From positions 6,735 through 70,734 of the forward strand of contig CAZJCG010000015.1 in the NCBI GenBank assembly GCA_964544545.1: 64,000 nt of DNA, read 5' to 3'. The position numbers were made by a program, and so were the translations under genes. Positions 27,834-37,910 of this stretch are shown in pieces. The DNA is from an uncultured Lentimicrobiaceae bacterium (GTDB lineage Bacteria > Bacteroidota > Bacteroidia > Bacteroidales > UBA4417). Under the pieces are notes generated by a model that was not told where the DNA came from, made no database searches, and saw nothing but the letters and a program-made list of their open reading frames with translations. Numbering within the stretch: position 1 is the stretch's first letter; the number at the start of each line of letters is the position of its first letter.

Positions 27834-28241
27834 TTAATGATCTCGGGCTACCCGTAAAAAAAATCCTTTGCCGATGCGGTAAAGCAACATTCCTATCACA
27901 GTACCCATGAAATCGATACAAAAATCCCAGATGCTGCAAGTCCGATTGACAAATACCCATTCTTGCAGAAATTCTGTTAAACCTCCCACTCCCACAGCAA
28001 TAGTAAAGGCCAGGATCGCACTCTTTCTGCAACTCCATCCGGGTTCTCTGGCGAATCCGATTAAAAGGAAAATCACGAAGCCTGTGAACAGGAATAGATG
28101 CGCCAGGTTGTCGGGCGCAAGTAAATCCGGAAATCCTTCAATTCGGGGTATATATTGCCCTGGCAGCCCTGTAAGGAGGAGGATTAAGGCTCCCCAGGCA
28201 ATGGCCGGCCAATGCCGGTGCAGTCCTGCTTTCAGAGCCAT
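27834..28241 (-). CDS. VanZ-like small membrane protein
   Basis: 135 aa with four predicted TM segments. The H...F...GGLTEFLQ pattern resembles the VanZ family. Confidence 0.55.
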   Translation of the reverse strand: MALKAGLHRHWPAIAWGALILLLTGLPGQYIPRIEGFPDLLAPDNLAHLFLFTGFVIFLLIGFAREPGWSCRKSAILAFTIAVGVGGLTEFLQEWVFVNRTCSIWDFCIDFMGTVIGMLLYRIGKGFFLRVARDH

Positions 28242-28250
28242 CCAGCGGGC

Positions 28251-28631
28251 TTATGCTTCTACGACTTCTTTATATTGTGCAGGCGAAAGTAGTTCAGCCA
28301 GTTTGGATTCATCTGCAATCTTCACCTTAACGATCCAGCCTTCTCCGTAAGGATCAGAATTAACCAGCTCCGGAGTAGAGGTAAGTTTCTCGTTGAATTC
28401 CAGTACTTCGCAAGATACCGGTGCATACATATCAGAAACAGTTTTCACTGCTTCGATGGTTCCTATGGTGTCACCGGCATTCAGTGTATCGCCGACGGTT
28501 CCTACTTCGATAAATACGATATCGCCGAGTTGATGTTGGGCAAAATCCGTTACGCCGACAATACCTTCATTACCGGTAACTTTAATCCATTCGTGTTCTT
28601 TTGTGTAGTAAAGATTATCAGGAATATTCAT
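28251..28631 (-). CDS. gcvH: Glycine cleavage system protein H
   Basis: YTKEHEWIK...GVTDFAQ...IEAVKTVSD is the lipoyl-lysine motif. Confidence 0.95.
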   Translation of the reverse strand: MNIPDNLYYTKEHEWIKVTGNEGIVGVTDFAQHQLGDIVFIEVGTVGDTLNAGDTIGTIEAVKTVSDMYAPVSCEVLEFNEKLTSTPELVNSDPYGEGWIVKVKIADESKLAELLSPAQYKEVVEA

Positions 28632-28731
28632 TTGTTTATGTGTTTAATACAGGTCAAAATTACGCAAATACAGAAATCATCCTAATTGATTCTATAAGTT
28701 AGAATAATTCTGAATAATGCTTTCAGAGGTT

Positions 28732-28763
28732 AAAAAAAAACCGTCTTAAAAATAAGACGGTTT
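28732..28763 (-). terminator. Intrinsic terminator downstream of the exbB-exbD operon
   Basis: On the minus strand: stem CCGTCTTA/TAAGACGG (extendable by A-T pairs), a 4-nt loop, then a run of nine T. Confidence 0.65.
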
Positions 28764-28784
28764 ATAAGATCACATATAATGGCG

Positions 28785-29252
28785 TCAGTCTTCCTTTTTA
28801 GCCATTTTCCGTGTTGAGTAGTTGATCTTGAAGGCTCCTGCCTTACGCAGTTCTTGTTTCACATCAGTCACGATACCCATGCGGGTTTCTTTATCCACCT
28901 TGAGTGCTGTTGTGATAAAGTTTTTATCAGCTTCGTTGCGGGAAGCCCTTTCAGCCAGAACAAATGCCTGAATATCGCCCAAGGTTGCAAACGTATTGTT
29001 GAGCTGGATTCGCGATTCATTCCCCAGCTTTGCCTGCCTGGGCTGACCGACGTAGATATAACTTACCAGTGACTTCTTCTCCAGTTTCTGAACCTCGGTA
29101 GCCAAAGGAGGAGTAAGTTTAACCTGAAGGGTCACTTCCCTGATGGTTGTGATAACCATGAAGAAGAACAGGAACATGAAGATAATGTCGGACATGGATC
29201 CGGTATTGATACCAGGAACCCCACGTCCACCTTTTTTCTTAAAGCGTGCCAT
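28785..29252 (-). CDS. exbD: ExbD/TolR biopolymer transport protein
   Basis: 155 aa. The N-terminal INTGSMSDIIFMFLFFFMV is the ExbD signature. There is a 1-nt overlap (TAATG) with the upstream exbD. Confidence 0.85.
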   Translation of the reverse strand: MARFKKKGGRGVPGINTGSMSDIIFMFLFFFMVITTIREVTLQVKLTPPLATEVQKLEKKSLVSYIYVGQPRQAKLGNESRIQLNNTFATLGDIQAFVLAERASRNEADKNFITTALKVDKETRMGIVTDVKQELRKAGAFKINYSTRKMAKKED

Positions 29253-29827
29253 TACTTGGTTCCTCCGATATTTTCAGGTTCAGCTTCAGAAACAGCAACA
29301 GGGATTGCTTTCGAGATTGCGTCGATATATTCCTGTTTTGTCAGATCGGCAAACTTAACACCGTACCGCTGCCTTGAGAGTTCATCACGCAGTTCGTTGA
29401 TAGCGGCAGTAAGTTCATTTTGTACCTGTATGTACATATCATAGCTTGTACCCCGGTCATTTTTAAGAGAAATGATCCCTTTTGAGACCTTAACGGTACC
29501 CAGGTTAGGAATGGTCTTCTCTTCCATTTCAGGTAAATCCTGACTGTTGGTCGGATTTGACAGGAAGTTCTTGGCCGTTTCTTTAAGCTGCGATATATCA
29601 ATAGGTTTGTTTTGCACCAGCAACCTATCGCTTTTATTCACGAGAACCTTGAGTACGTTTCGTGTTTTCACTTCAGGGATAGGAGCGTTAGGATCCGGTG
29701 GCGGGGGCAACTTCCTTGTGATACCCAGGTCTGTATTGATGGATGAGGTCAACAGAAAGAAGGTAAGCAGCAGGAAGGAGATATCCGCCATTGATCCTGA
29801 GTTTATTTCTGGAATCTTCTTGGACAT
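29252..29827 (-). CDS. exbD: ExbD/TolR biopolymer transport protein (second copy)
   Basis: 191 aa. INSGSMADISFLLLTFFLL is the ExbD-type N-terminus. Confidence 0.8.
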   Translation of the reverse strand: MSKKIPEINSGSMADISFLLLTFFLLTSSINTDLGITRKLPPPPDPNAPIPEVKTRNVLKVLVNKSDRLLVQNKPIDISQLKETAKNFLSNPTNSQDLPEMEEKTIPNLGTVKVSKGIISLKNDRGTSYDMYIQVQNELTAAINELRDELSRQRYGVKFADLTKQEYIDAISKAIPVAVSEAEPENIGGTK

Positions 29828-29846
29828 AGGATCAATTTTTTCCTGA

Positions 29847-30173
29847 TCATTTAAACCATTTTACCACTACCGAATAGATCATGATCACTACCAGTGCGGC
29901 AAAAATAATGTATGTGCTGAGGAGACCTGCGCCGATAATTTTCGACTGCCCGGGGCCTACATTCATTTTTGTATAAAACTGGCCCTGATCGGCAGGTGAC
30001 ACCAGGTATGACAGGATCAGAACGCCAACGAGGATTCCAACTCCTATAAGTGAGCCTTTTGCATTCTTGACATTACCTTTCACCAGACTAAGCACGGGGA
30101 AAAGCAACAGGGCTCCGATTGCCACAAAGAATGCCAGATAGGCAATGTACATCCCTATATCAATAATTCCCAT
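29847..30173 (-). CDS. Small membrane protein of unknown function
   Basis: 108 aa with three or four hydrophobic helices. Embedded between exbB and exbD with short gaps. Confidence 0.5.
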   Translation of the reverse strand: MGIIDIGMYIAYLAFFVAIGALLLFPVLSLVKGNVKNAKGSLIGVGILVGVLILSYLVSPADQGQFYTKMNVGPGQSKIIGAGLLSTYIIFAALVVIMIYSVVVKWFK

Positions 30174-30178
30174 GATTC

Positions 30179-31012
30179 TTAGTTTTTAACGTTCTTGTTC
30201 TTCACCAGGATATCCATGAAACTGATGGTAGCATCTTCCATGGAGTTAACGATTGATTCCACCTTTGAAACGAGGTAGTTGTAAATGACCTGGAGAATAA
30301 TAGCTACGATAAGACCGAATACGGTGGTCAACAGAGCGACCTTCATACCGGCAGCCACAACGGTCGGGGAGATATCTCCGGCCTTTTCAATAGCGTCAAA
30401 TGCCTGTACCATCCCTACAACTGTTCCCAAGAACCCGAGCATGGGGGCCAGAGCGATAAAGAGGGTGATCCAGGAAAGGTTGGTTTCGAGGCGTGCCATC
30501 ATGACACCACCATAAGAAACGATTGATTTTTCAACCATGTCAAGGCCTTCGCTGTAACGGTCAAGACCCTGGAAGAAGATTGAAGCGACCGGTCCGCGGG
30601 TACTCCTGCATACTTCCTTGGCTGCGGTTACACCATTGGACTGAAGCTCTGACTCAACCTTGTTGAGAAGCTTGGTGGTATTGGTGGAAGCCATGTTCAG
30701 GTAAATGATACGTTCGATGCATAGACCCAGCCCGATAATGAGGCAGAGGAGAATAGGTGCCATCCAGCCGGCGCCCCCTTCAATAAATTTTTGCTTGAGA
30801 GCCTGGTGGAAAGATTTGGATTCCTCAACCGGTGCGGTTTCCGTTGTAGCAGCAGCAGGTGCAACAGCAGTGTCAGCAGGCTGTGTGGCGGAATCGACAG
30901 TAGCCTCGGTTTGAGCAGGCTGGGCTTTGGTCTGATCCTGAGCGGATGCAATATTCGACAGACCAAGGGTTAGCATAACTGCTAATGACAGGACAGCGAT
31001 TACTTTTTTCAT
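30179..31012 (-). CDS. exbB: MotA/TolQ/ExbB proton channel protein
   Basis: 277 aa. Signal/TM segment, an A/T/P-rich linker, then the ExbB core (LGFLGTVVGMVQAF). Confidence 0.9.
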   Translation of the reverse strand: MKKVIAVLSLAVMLTLGLSNIASAQDQTKAQPAQTEATVDSATQPADTAVAPAAATTETAPVEESKSFHQALKQKFIEGGAGWMAPILLCLIIGLGLCIERIIYLNMASTNTTKLLNKVESELQSNGVTAAKEVCRSTRGPVASIFFQGLDRYSEGLDMVEKSIVSYGGVMMARLETNLSWITLFIALAPMLGFLGTVVGMVQAFDAIEKAGDISPTVVAAGMKVALLTTVFGLIVAIILQVIYNYLVSKVESIVNSMEDATISFMDILVKNKNVKN

Positions 31013-31091
31013 GGTAAATTCTATTGATTTTTGTTTTGTGGTGGATTACGTTTAAGTTATTTAACAATACTATACGTGCGACCGTATCTTG

Positions 31092-31179
31092 CGGAGAGAA
31101 TGGGATTCGAACCCATGAAGCGCTTTCGGCGCTTACACACTTTCCAGGCGTGCTCCTTCGACCACTCGGACATCTCTCC
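31092..31179 (-). tRNA. tRNA-Ser (anticodon GGA), type II
   Basis: The minus strand reads GGAGAGATGTCCGAGTGGTCGAAGGAGCACGCCTGGAAAGTGTGTAAGCGCCGAAAGCGCTTCATGGGTTCGAATCCCATTCTCTCCG. Acceptor GGAGAGA/TCTCTCC, anticodon loop CTGGAAA, long variable arm, T loop TTCGAAT. Confidence 0.9.
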
Positions 31180-31386
31180 CTACATTTCCATGCATTTGCT
31201 TGATTATACCGCAAATGTCACAAAACGGGGCGCTAAGTTACAAAAAAATATTAGAAACGAGTTTTGCCCAAAATATTTATGCCCCGGAACCCTGAAAAAT
31301 TCCAACAAAATGCCCTTTAAATTGTTACCTGTCGTATATTTGTTAATTCCTACATAAGAGTTATTCTCCCATAGATTGAAATCCTC

Positions 31387-31821
31387 ATGGATGCATTTGA
31401 TGGTCGTAAAAAACTGATTGACAAAGGGCTGAAGGTTACGCCCCAGCGTGTAGCCATATTGGAAGCAGTGCATATCCTGAACAATCATCCTGCTGCTGAA
31501 CAGATTCTTGAGTATATCCGGAGCAATCATCCCAATATCGCTTCAGGAACCGTGTACAAGGTACTTGATACTTTAGTGGAAACCGGATTGATCAGGAAAG
31601 TGAAGACCGACAGGGACATCAAGCGTTACGACGCCATGCTTGAGCCCCACCATCACCTTTACTGTGCCGAATCGGACCGGATAGAGGATTACCGGGATGA
31701 AGAACTGAACCGCCTGATCGAAGGGTATTTCCAAAACAGGTCTATAGCAGGATTTCAGATTCATGACATCAAACTGCAGATCATTGGCAGGTTTGTTCAG
31801 GATGCCCTGCCGAAAACTTAG
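31387..31821 (+). CDS. fur: Fur family transcriptional regulator
   Basis: LKVTPQRVAILEAV...SGTVYKVLDTLVETGLI winged helix plus an HHHLYC metal-site motif. Only one Cys in the protein. Confidence 0.8.
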   Translation: MDAFDGRKKLIDKGLKVTPQRVAILEAVHILNNHPAAEQILEYIRSNHPNIASGTVYKVLDTLVETGLIRKVKTDRDIKRYDAMLEPHHHLYCAESDRIEDYRDEELNRLIEGYFQNRSIAGFQIHDIKLQIIGRFVQDALPKT

Positions 31822-31934
31822 AATGGGATTCCGATTTCACTGAACTTCTGTTATACCGGGTTACCGCTGAATGGATTACGAAGTGACCCGTCAAATCAAA
31901 AAAATCTTAACTTTAACCATAAATACAATATACC

Positions 31935-32432
31935 ATGAAAGAAAAAAGTATCGAACTGTTGAACAAGGCTGTTGCTGACGAATTGTCGGCCGTGCACCAG
32001 TACATGTATTTTCATTTTCACTGCGACGACAGGGGATATGATTTACTGTCGGGATTATTCAGGCGGACAGCCATTCAGGAGATGATGCATGTTGAGAGGC
32101 TTGCCGAACGTGTCCTTTTCCTTAAGGGCGAAGTTGAAATGAAACCCGCTGTTGAGGTAAAGAAAATACATGATGTAAAAGGCATGCTTGAGTTAGCAGC
32201 TCAGATGGAAACGGAAAGTGCCCGGGATTACAACCTATGGGCCAATGAATGCGCAGCCAATGCCGATTCCGTTTCAAAGAAACTGTTTGAAGCCCTGGTA
32301 GAAGAAGAAGAGGTTCATTTTGACCAGTATGATGTTGAGCTGGAGAATCTGGCGAAATTCGGTGACAACTACTTAGCACTGCAATCGATCGAACGCAGTA
32401 AAAACCTGGCTGCCGGAACACCTGCCGAATAA
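31935..32432 (+). CDS. bfr: Bacterioferritin / ferritin-like di-iron protein
   Basis: LNKAVADELSAVHQYMYFHF...AIQEMMHVERLAERV shows the ExxH di-iron ligands and a bacterioferritin-type N-terminus. Confidence 0.85.
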   Translation: MKEKSIELLNKAVADELSAVHQYMYFHFHCDDRGYDLLSGLFRRTAIQEMMHVERLAERVLFLKGEVEMKPAVEVKKIHDVKGMLELAAQMETESARDYNLWANECAANADSVSKKLFEALVEEEEVHFDQYDVELENLAKFGDNYLALQSIERSKNLAAGTPAE

Positions 32433-32540
32433 CATACCATCAACTGTCTGCCGTTTACAGAAACCCTGTTCAACAACCTTTGTACAGGCAGCAAAAGGAA
32501 GTTGTTCACTGCTGTAAAGGAGATTCCTTTCAGCAGGCCA

Positions 32541-32572
32541 GAGCCATTGCGCTAAATCATGCGTAATGGCTC
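32541..32572. terminator. Hairpin between convergent bfr and ansA (possible bidirectional terminator)
   Basis: Stem GAGCCATT / AATGGCTC (8 bp) with a 16-nt loop. Flanks are A/T-rich but there is no long T-run. Confidence 0.35.
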
Positions 32573-32585
32573 AATATTTACAGGT

Positions 32586-33608
32586 TCAGATCGTAAGCTC
32601 ACCCCGAAGAGGCGTTTGCAATAGCTGACGCAGTTCTTCTCCCTGAAAACCCTGCCCAAGGAGGAACATGAGTTTTGCTATAGCCGATTCCGTAGTGATA
32701 TCATAACCTCCAACCAGTCCTATCTGGCTCAGGGCCAGACTGGTTTCGTATTTGCCCATCTCTACGGATCCGCCTTTGCATTGCGTCACATTATAGATGA
32801 CGATCCCTTTACCTATGGCCGATTCAAGCGAACGGATGAACCATTCGTCGGTCGGAGCATTGCCGGCACCATAAGTTTCCAGGATCACTCCTTTTAATCC
32901 CGGAATCGTCAATATATTGCATACCACTTGTTCACTTATGCCCGGAAAGAGCTTAAGCACGGCAACGTTTGTATCCAGGTTGGTGTGTACTTTCAGGTTT
33001 TTAAAGTTGGGTTTGAGGATCACATTGCGGTTGTACCTGATATGAACCCCGACTTCAGCCAGCGGAGGATAGTTGCCTGAAAGGAAGGCGTTGAAGTTTT
33101 CGGCGTTGAACTTATTGGTACGGTTTCCGCGCAACAGCTTATTCTCAAAATAGATGGCGACTTCAGGAACAACCGGGGTGTTGTCTTCGCGTGCAGCTGC
33201 GATTTCTACGGCATTGATAAAATTATCCCGGCCGTCGGTCCTCACCACCCCCATCGGCAACTGAGATCCTGTGAAGATCACCGGCTTGTTAAGGTTTTCA
33301 AGCATGAAACTCAGCATGGAAGCCGAGTATGCCATTGTATCGGTTCCATGGAGTACGACAAAACCGTCGTATTTGCCGTAGTTCGATTCAATTACCCCCG
33401 CCAGTTTTACCCAGAAGGAGGGAGATACGTTCGATGAATCGATAAGCGGATCAAATGAGACCCCGTCGATGGCATAGTCGAAGTTTTCGAGAACCGGCAT
33501 CATCTTGTAGATGTTCTCAAATGCAAAAGGATGAAGGGCGCCGGTCGCTTTATCTTTTACCATACCAATGGTGCCGCCGGTATATATGACAAGAATGGAA
33601 ACTGACAT
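32586..33608 (-). CDS. ansA: L-asparaginase, type I (cytoplasmic)
   Basis: ILVIYTGGTIGM active-site threonine motif and HGTDTMAYSAS. Confidence 0.9.
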   Translation of the reverse strand: MSVSILVIYTGGTIGMVKDKATGALHPFAFENIYKMMPVLENFDYAIDGVSFDPLIDSSNVSPSFWVKLAGVIESNYGKYDGFVVLHGTDTMAYSASMLSFMLENLNKPVIFTGSQLPMGVVRTDGRDNFINAVEIAAAREDNTPVVPEVAIYFENKLLRGNRTNKFNAENFNAFLSGNYPPLAEVGVHIRYNRNVILKPNFKNLKVHTNLDTNVAVLKLFPGISEQVVCNILTIPGLKGVILETYGAGNAPTDEWFIRSLESAIGKGIVIYNVTQCKGGSVEMGKYETSLALSQIGLVGGYDITTESAIAKLMFLLGQGFQGEELRQLLQTPLRGELTI

Positions 33609-33728
33609 GTGGGTTGCGAATTATGGATTCGATTTCAGGGTCTGTATTGAAAAACAACGATTTTTCACTCAGGTAGTGATAATCTTGAAAATGGCATTTC
33701 TGCTCCGGGCAGTTTGAGTACGGCCAGG

Positions 33729-34496
33729 TTAAAGGTTAAACAGGGTTGCTGCATTTGTTGAAGTTTTCTCAGCAACAGTGTTCAAGGAAGCCCCCGTTAT
33801 CTCTGCTATCTTTGAGGCGATCAACGGGATATAGGCAGGCTCGTTCCGTTGTCCGCGGAAAGGTACAGGTGCAAGGTAAGGTGCGTCTGTTTCCAGTAAA
33901 ACATGATCAAGACCAATCTCTCTGACGACCTCCTGCAATCCGGAATTCTTAAAGGTGATCACGCCGCCGATCCCCAGGAAAAAGCCTGCCCCGATCACTA
34001 TAAGCGCCTGCTCCAGGTTCCCCGAAAAGCAATGGAAGACTCCTCTCAGGTCTGGTCCTGCTTCCTCCTTTAAGATGTCCCAGACTTCCTGAAAAGAACT
34101 CCGCATGTGGATGGCTACGGGCAGTTTCAACTCCTTTGCCCAGCGAAGCTGTTGCCGGAAAGCTGCCTGCTGAGCCGCCAGAAATGTCTTGTCCCAGTAA
34201 AGGTCGATTCCAATTTCGCCCACAGCATAGTACTTTCCGCTAGCCAGTTGCTGTTCAACCAGGTGCAGTTCAGATTTTACCGTTTCTTCCATTACCGAAG
34301 AAGGATGCAGTCCGGCCATTGGAAAACAATGATCCGGGAAAGCCTCACAAAGACTCAGCAGAGGTTCCCAGGATGTGGAATCAATATTTGGCAACAGGAG
34401 TTTCTCAACTCCGGACTCTACAGCCTTGCGAATAACATCGCCACGATCCGGATCGAATTCTTCGAGATATATATGGGTGTGCGTGTCGGTAAACAT
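33729..34496 (-). CDS. tatD: TatD family metal-dependent hydrolase
   Basis: MFTDTHTHIY, VGEIGLD-like (AVGEIGIDLYW), HCFSG and ETDAPYL motifs. Confidence 0.9.
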   Translation of the reverse strand: MFTDTHTHIYLEEFDPDRGDVIRKAVESGVEKLLLPNIDSTSWEPLLSLCEAFPDHCFPMAGLHPSSVMEETVKSELHLVEQQLASGKYYAVGEIGIDLYWDKTFLAAQQAAFRQQLRWAKELKLPVAIHMRSSFQEVWDILKEEAGPDLRGVFHCFSGNLEQALIVIGAGFFLGIGGVITFKNSGLQEVVREIGLDHVLLETDAPYLAPVPFRGQRNEPAYIPLIASKIAEITGASLNTVAEKTSTNAATLFNL

Positions 34497-34746
34497 GGCA
34501 CAAAGGTACACAATGCAGTATAAATCCCTGCCGCATGATGAAAGCCCTCTCCCTGCCCGATCAGGAGGTATGACTGACCGCCGGGATCAGGATCCGGGAA
34601 TGCCCCGGAAAATCTTTACACGACACCATGTTTTTATCAGAATATTACTTTTCCAAACTGTATCCATTAACCTAAACCAATGGCTTCAGTGATGGCGTTT
34701 CTCCCGGAAATCCCTGATTTGGCTGATCCATTGGAATGATTTCAAA

Positions 34747-37596
34747 ATGGATATCATGGAACTCCCATTCCGGTGTTGTCTATTCTTTTTGTTTCTGCTG
34801 TTCCTGTCAGATCAGCAGGCTTTCGGGCAAATACCCGACAGCCTGTTGAGCAGCCGGGAACAGTGCAATGCATTCAATACAGTGACAGAAACCAATGGGA
34901 ATGTCACCTGTTACGTTCAGAAGGGCAGTGCACTTCCTGTCACCACCGCTTCGGCTGGTCCGGACGACTCCATTTGCCAGGGAACTCCCAGCTATACCAT
35001 CACCGGAACTTCTGCAACGAATTACATCAACCTGTGGTGGACCACGACCGGGCTTGGAATACTATCCAATTCGAATTCACTGAACCCTGTATACTACCCT
35101 CCTTCCAACGAGACCGGTTCTATCACGATGACCCTGACGGCAGCCGGGGCCGGACCGGGAAGCATTGTCACTGACCAGCGGATCCTCAGCATTATTCCGG
35201 CGCCCATGGTATCGGCAGGTATCGACGATTCCATCTGCATGGGAGAAACCTTTTCACCCGTCACAGCTTATGCATCCTTCTATTCCGGCCTGCATTGGGT
35301 GACCGGCGGAAACGGAATATTTGATGATCCGCGGAGTATTACCCCGATCTACACACCCGGTTTCACTGACATCAGGAATGGCAGAGTTGTACTTTCGCTG
35401 ATAGCCGATGGTTTCACGCCCTGTAATTCTCCTGCCGACAGTATGACGCTGTTCATCTTCAGGCCTCCGGTTACAGATGCAGGACCGGATGGTGAAATCT
35501 GTGAAGGTTTGCCCTATACCATCACAGGGTCAGAAGTACTGCATCCCGGAACCATAGTATGGACACATACCGGCGCCGGGACTCTGGACGGAGAAAATCT
35601 GCTATCCCCGACTTACACTCCTGCACCCGGTGAAACCGGGATGATAACGCTGACGCTCCATTCAACCAACCGTTGCGGCAGTTCATCCGATTATACGCTC
35701 CTTACGATCTATGCCCTACCCACCGTTTCTGCAGGTAATGATACACTCTCCTGCAATCTGTCACCCGTAAAGCCTGGCGCATCGGCAACGACCAATGCAG
35801 CTGACCTGTTATGGACGACTTCCGGTTCCGGCAATTTCGATAACCCTGAGTTACTGCACCCTCTCTATTACCCCGGAATTGACGATGTACAAGCCGGACA
35901 GGTAATTTTAAGCCTTTCGGCCAAAGGATTTGCCAATTGCGGAACCGTGACCGATCAGATGGTTTTGTCATTGAACCCGCTCCCTATTGTTAGTGCGGGT
36001 CCGGATGGCATTACCTGTCAGGGGATGCCGTTTCAGATCAAAGATGCCGTTGTATCCGGCGCTGACTCAGTAGCCTGGATCCACAACTCCTCCGGCACCC
36101 TGGAAGAAGCCAATACGTTGACTCCGACTTACCGGCCATCCGAAAGTGAATCAGGCAGCATCACGCTTATACTCACCGGAACCGGTGCAGAGGGCTGCGG
36201 GAACATATCCGACACCATGAACCTGTTGATACGCAAAGCGCCTGAAGTGAGTTGCGGCAACGACCTGTCGGCCTGCGGCACTTCACCGGTAAACCTGCCG
36301 GAGGCCCAGTATCAGAATTGCTGTTCTGTCAGGTGGACTACCGCAGGGGGCGGAACGTTCAACGATCCGACAAAACTGAATCCTGAATATCTTCCCGGAG
36401 AAAATGATCCGGAGGCTGGCACTGTCATACTGACCCTTCACGGGGCTGGATTGACTCCCTGCGGGGATGTAGCCGATGAACTTCTGTTGACTTTCGCAAA
36501 AAGCCCTGTTGCCGATGCCGGAACGGATGCTTCTATCTGCGAAGGTGAAACCTATACTTTATCAGATGTAAGATTGGAGAATGGAACTCCGGTCTGGAAT
36601 ATTATCCCCGGAAACAGCGGAACGCTCACCGGAACTGAAACGCTGACTCCCCTTTTTATGCCTGCTCCCGGCTTTTCCGGTAATGTGATCGTGAAACTAA
36701 CTGCAAAGGGATCAGAAGTCTGTGATAATGTACTGATATCGGACGAAATGCATCTTACCGTGAATGAAGCATTGAAAGGATACGCCGGAAATGACCAGGA
36801 GATTACCGAAGGTAACAAGGCCAGTTTACAGGGATCTGTCTCAAACGGTTCCGGTATTTACGCCTGGAGTTGGCAACCGGACAGTCTGCTTGAAAATTCA
36901 GAAGTAAAGGATCCGGTTACCATACCGCTGGACGATCCGGCTACTTTCACCCTTACAGTAATGGACCTCTCAACCGGTTGCACGGGCATTGATGAAGTAA
37001 CTGTTATGATCAGGCGCAATGTTACCGGAGAGCTCACAGCCCATGCAGATTATGATACAACCGTTGTTGATATTCCTTTACGCATCGACGTTCTGGCAAA
37101 TGACATCTACCCGGAAGGCAGACTCCCGGAAAACTCACTGTGCAGCATGCCGGCAAACGGAAAGGCTTCGGTGAATGACGATCTGAGTATCACCTATGAG
37201 CCTGATCCATCTTCCTTCGGGGATGACTCCCTCTGTTACCGGATTTGTATCCCGGAAATGCCTGAAATATGTTCCGAAAACCAGATTTATATTCACATTG
37301 CCGCTTCGGGCGCCGGCGACCTTGTAATCCCATCCGGAATAACCCCTAACGGAGACCATATCAACGATAACTGGATCATTCAGGGGATAGAAGAGTATCC
37401 TGACAACTCGGTTGTCATTTTCAACCGGTGGGGCGACAAGATCATTGAATATTCCCGTTACGACAATAGCGAGCAGGTGTGGTCAGGCCGGAACAGCCGC
37501 AACCAGAGGGTTTCGGATGGCACTTACTTCTATATTCTTGATATCAAAGACCTGGGCAAGCGTACAGGCTGGATTTTCGTCCGGGATAACCATTGA
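34747..37596 (+). CDS. Large repetitive secreted protein with a T9SS type B (gliding-motility-associated) C-terminal sorting domain
   Basis: 949 aa with a signal peptide. About seven ~90-aa repeats, each beginning AG.D..(I)C and containing W(T)T.G.G.F...L.P.Y.P. Then a cadherin/Ig-like segment. C-terminus: IPSGITPNGDHINDNWIIQGIEEYPDNSVVIFNRWGDKI...DGTYFYIL. Confidence 0.85.
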   Translation: MDIMELPFRCCLFFLFLLFLSDQQAFGQIPDSLLSSREQCNAFNTVTETNGNVTCYVQKGSALPVTTASAGPDDSICQGTPSYTITGTSATNYINLWWTTTGLGILSNSNSLNPVYYPPSNETGSITMTLTAAGAGPGSIVTDQRILSIIPAPMVSAGIDDSICMGETFSPVTAYASFYSGLHWVTGGNGIFDDPRSITPIYTPGFTDIRNGRVVLSLIADGFTPCNSPADSMTLFIFRPPVTDAGPDGEICEGLPYTITGSEVLHPGTIVWTHTGAGTLDGENLLSPTYTPAPGETGMITLTLHSTNRCGSSSDYTLLTIYALPTVSAGNDTLSCNLSPVKPGASATTNAADLLWTTSGSGNFDNPELLHPLYYPGIDDVQAGQVILSLSAKGFANCGTVTDQMVLSLNPLPIVSAGPDGITCQGMPFQIKDAVVSGADSVAWIHNSSGTLEEANTLTPTYRPSESESGSITLILTGTGAEGCGNISDTMNLLIRKAPEVSCGNDLSACGTSPVNLPEAQYQNCCSVRWTTAGGGTFNDPTKLNPEYLPGENDPEAGTVILTLHGAGLTPCGDVADELLLTFAKSPVADAGTDASICEGETYTLSDVRLENGTPVWNIIPGNSGTLTGTETLTPLFMPAPGFSGNVIVKLTAKGSEVCDNVLISDEMHLTVNEALKGYAGNDQEITEGNKASLQGSVSNGSGIYAWSWQPDSLLENSEVKDPVTIPLDDPATFTLTVMDLSTGCTGIDEVTVMIRRNVTGELTAHADYDTTVVDIPLRIDVLANDIYPEGRLPENSLCSMPANGKASVNDDLSITYEPDPSSFGDDSLCYRICIPEMPEICSENQIYIHIAASGAGDLVIPSGITPNGDHINDNWIIQGIEEYPDNSVVIFNRWGDKIIEYSRYDNSEQVWSGRNSRNQRVSDGTYFYILDIKDLGKRTGWIFVRDNH

Positions 37597-37651
37597 TCCG
37601 GTTTCCGAAAGGAAAAGCTGATCTGTCAAACATGACTTCCTTGTTTTAAAT

Positions 37652-37692
37652 AATCCTGTTCCGGATACTTCCGGAACGGGGATTCTCTTTTT
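37652..37692 (+). terminator. Intrinsic terminator after the T9SS cargo gene
   Basis: Stem AATCCTGTTCCGG / CCGGAACGGGGATT (one bulge, one G-T pair), a 6-nt loop, then CTCTTTTT. Confidence 0.55.
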
Positions 37693-37910
37693 CAGAAATT
37701 CTCCGGAGAGGTTCATATTGGAATATTCCGGATATGATCAGGTATCCGCAATAATCTATTGAAGATTTTATTAGTTTCTGGTTATCAATGTCTTAATAAT
37801 GCACAATTTGACGAAAATTGCCTGTTCCCTTGTTTGGCATGCCTTTGGGTAAACCCTGCCTGACTAAACAGAGCCCCTGACGGGCTTTGACTTGAGAAGT
37901 TTTCCATTTT

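Noticed and set aside
31204-31530. 108-aa minus-strand ORF overlapping the fur start
   Set aside because: It spans the promoter region and the fur 5' end in antisense, with no motif support. The Fur assignment on the + strand is clear.
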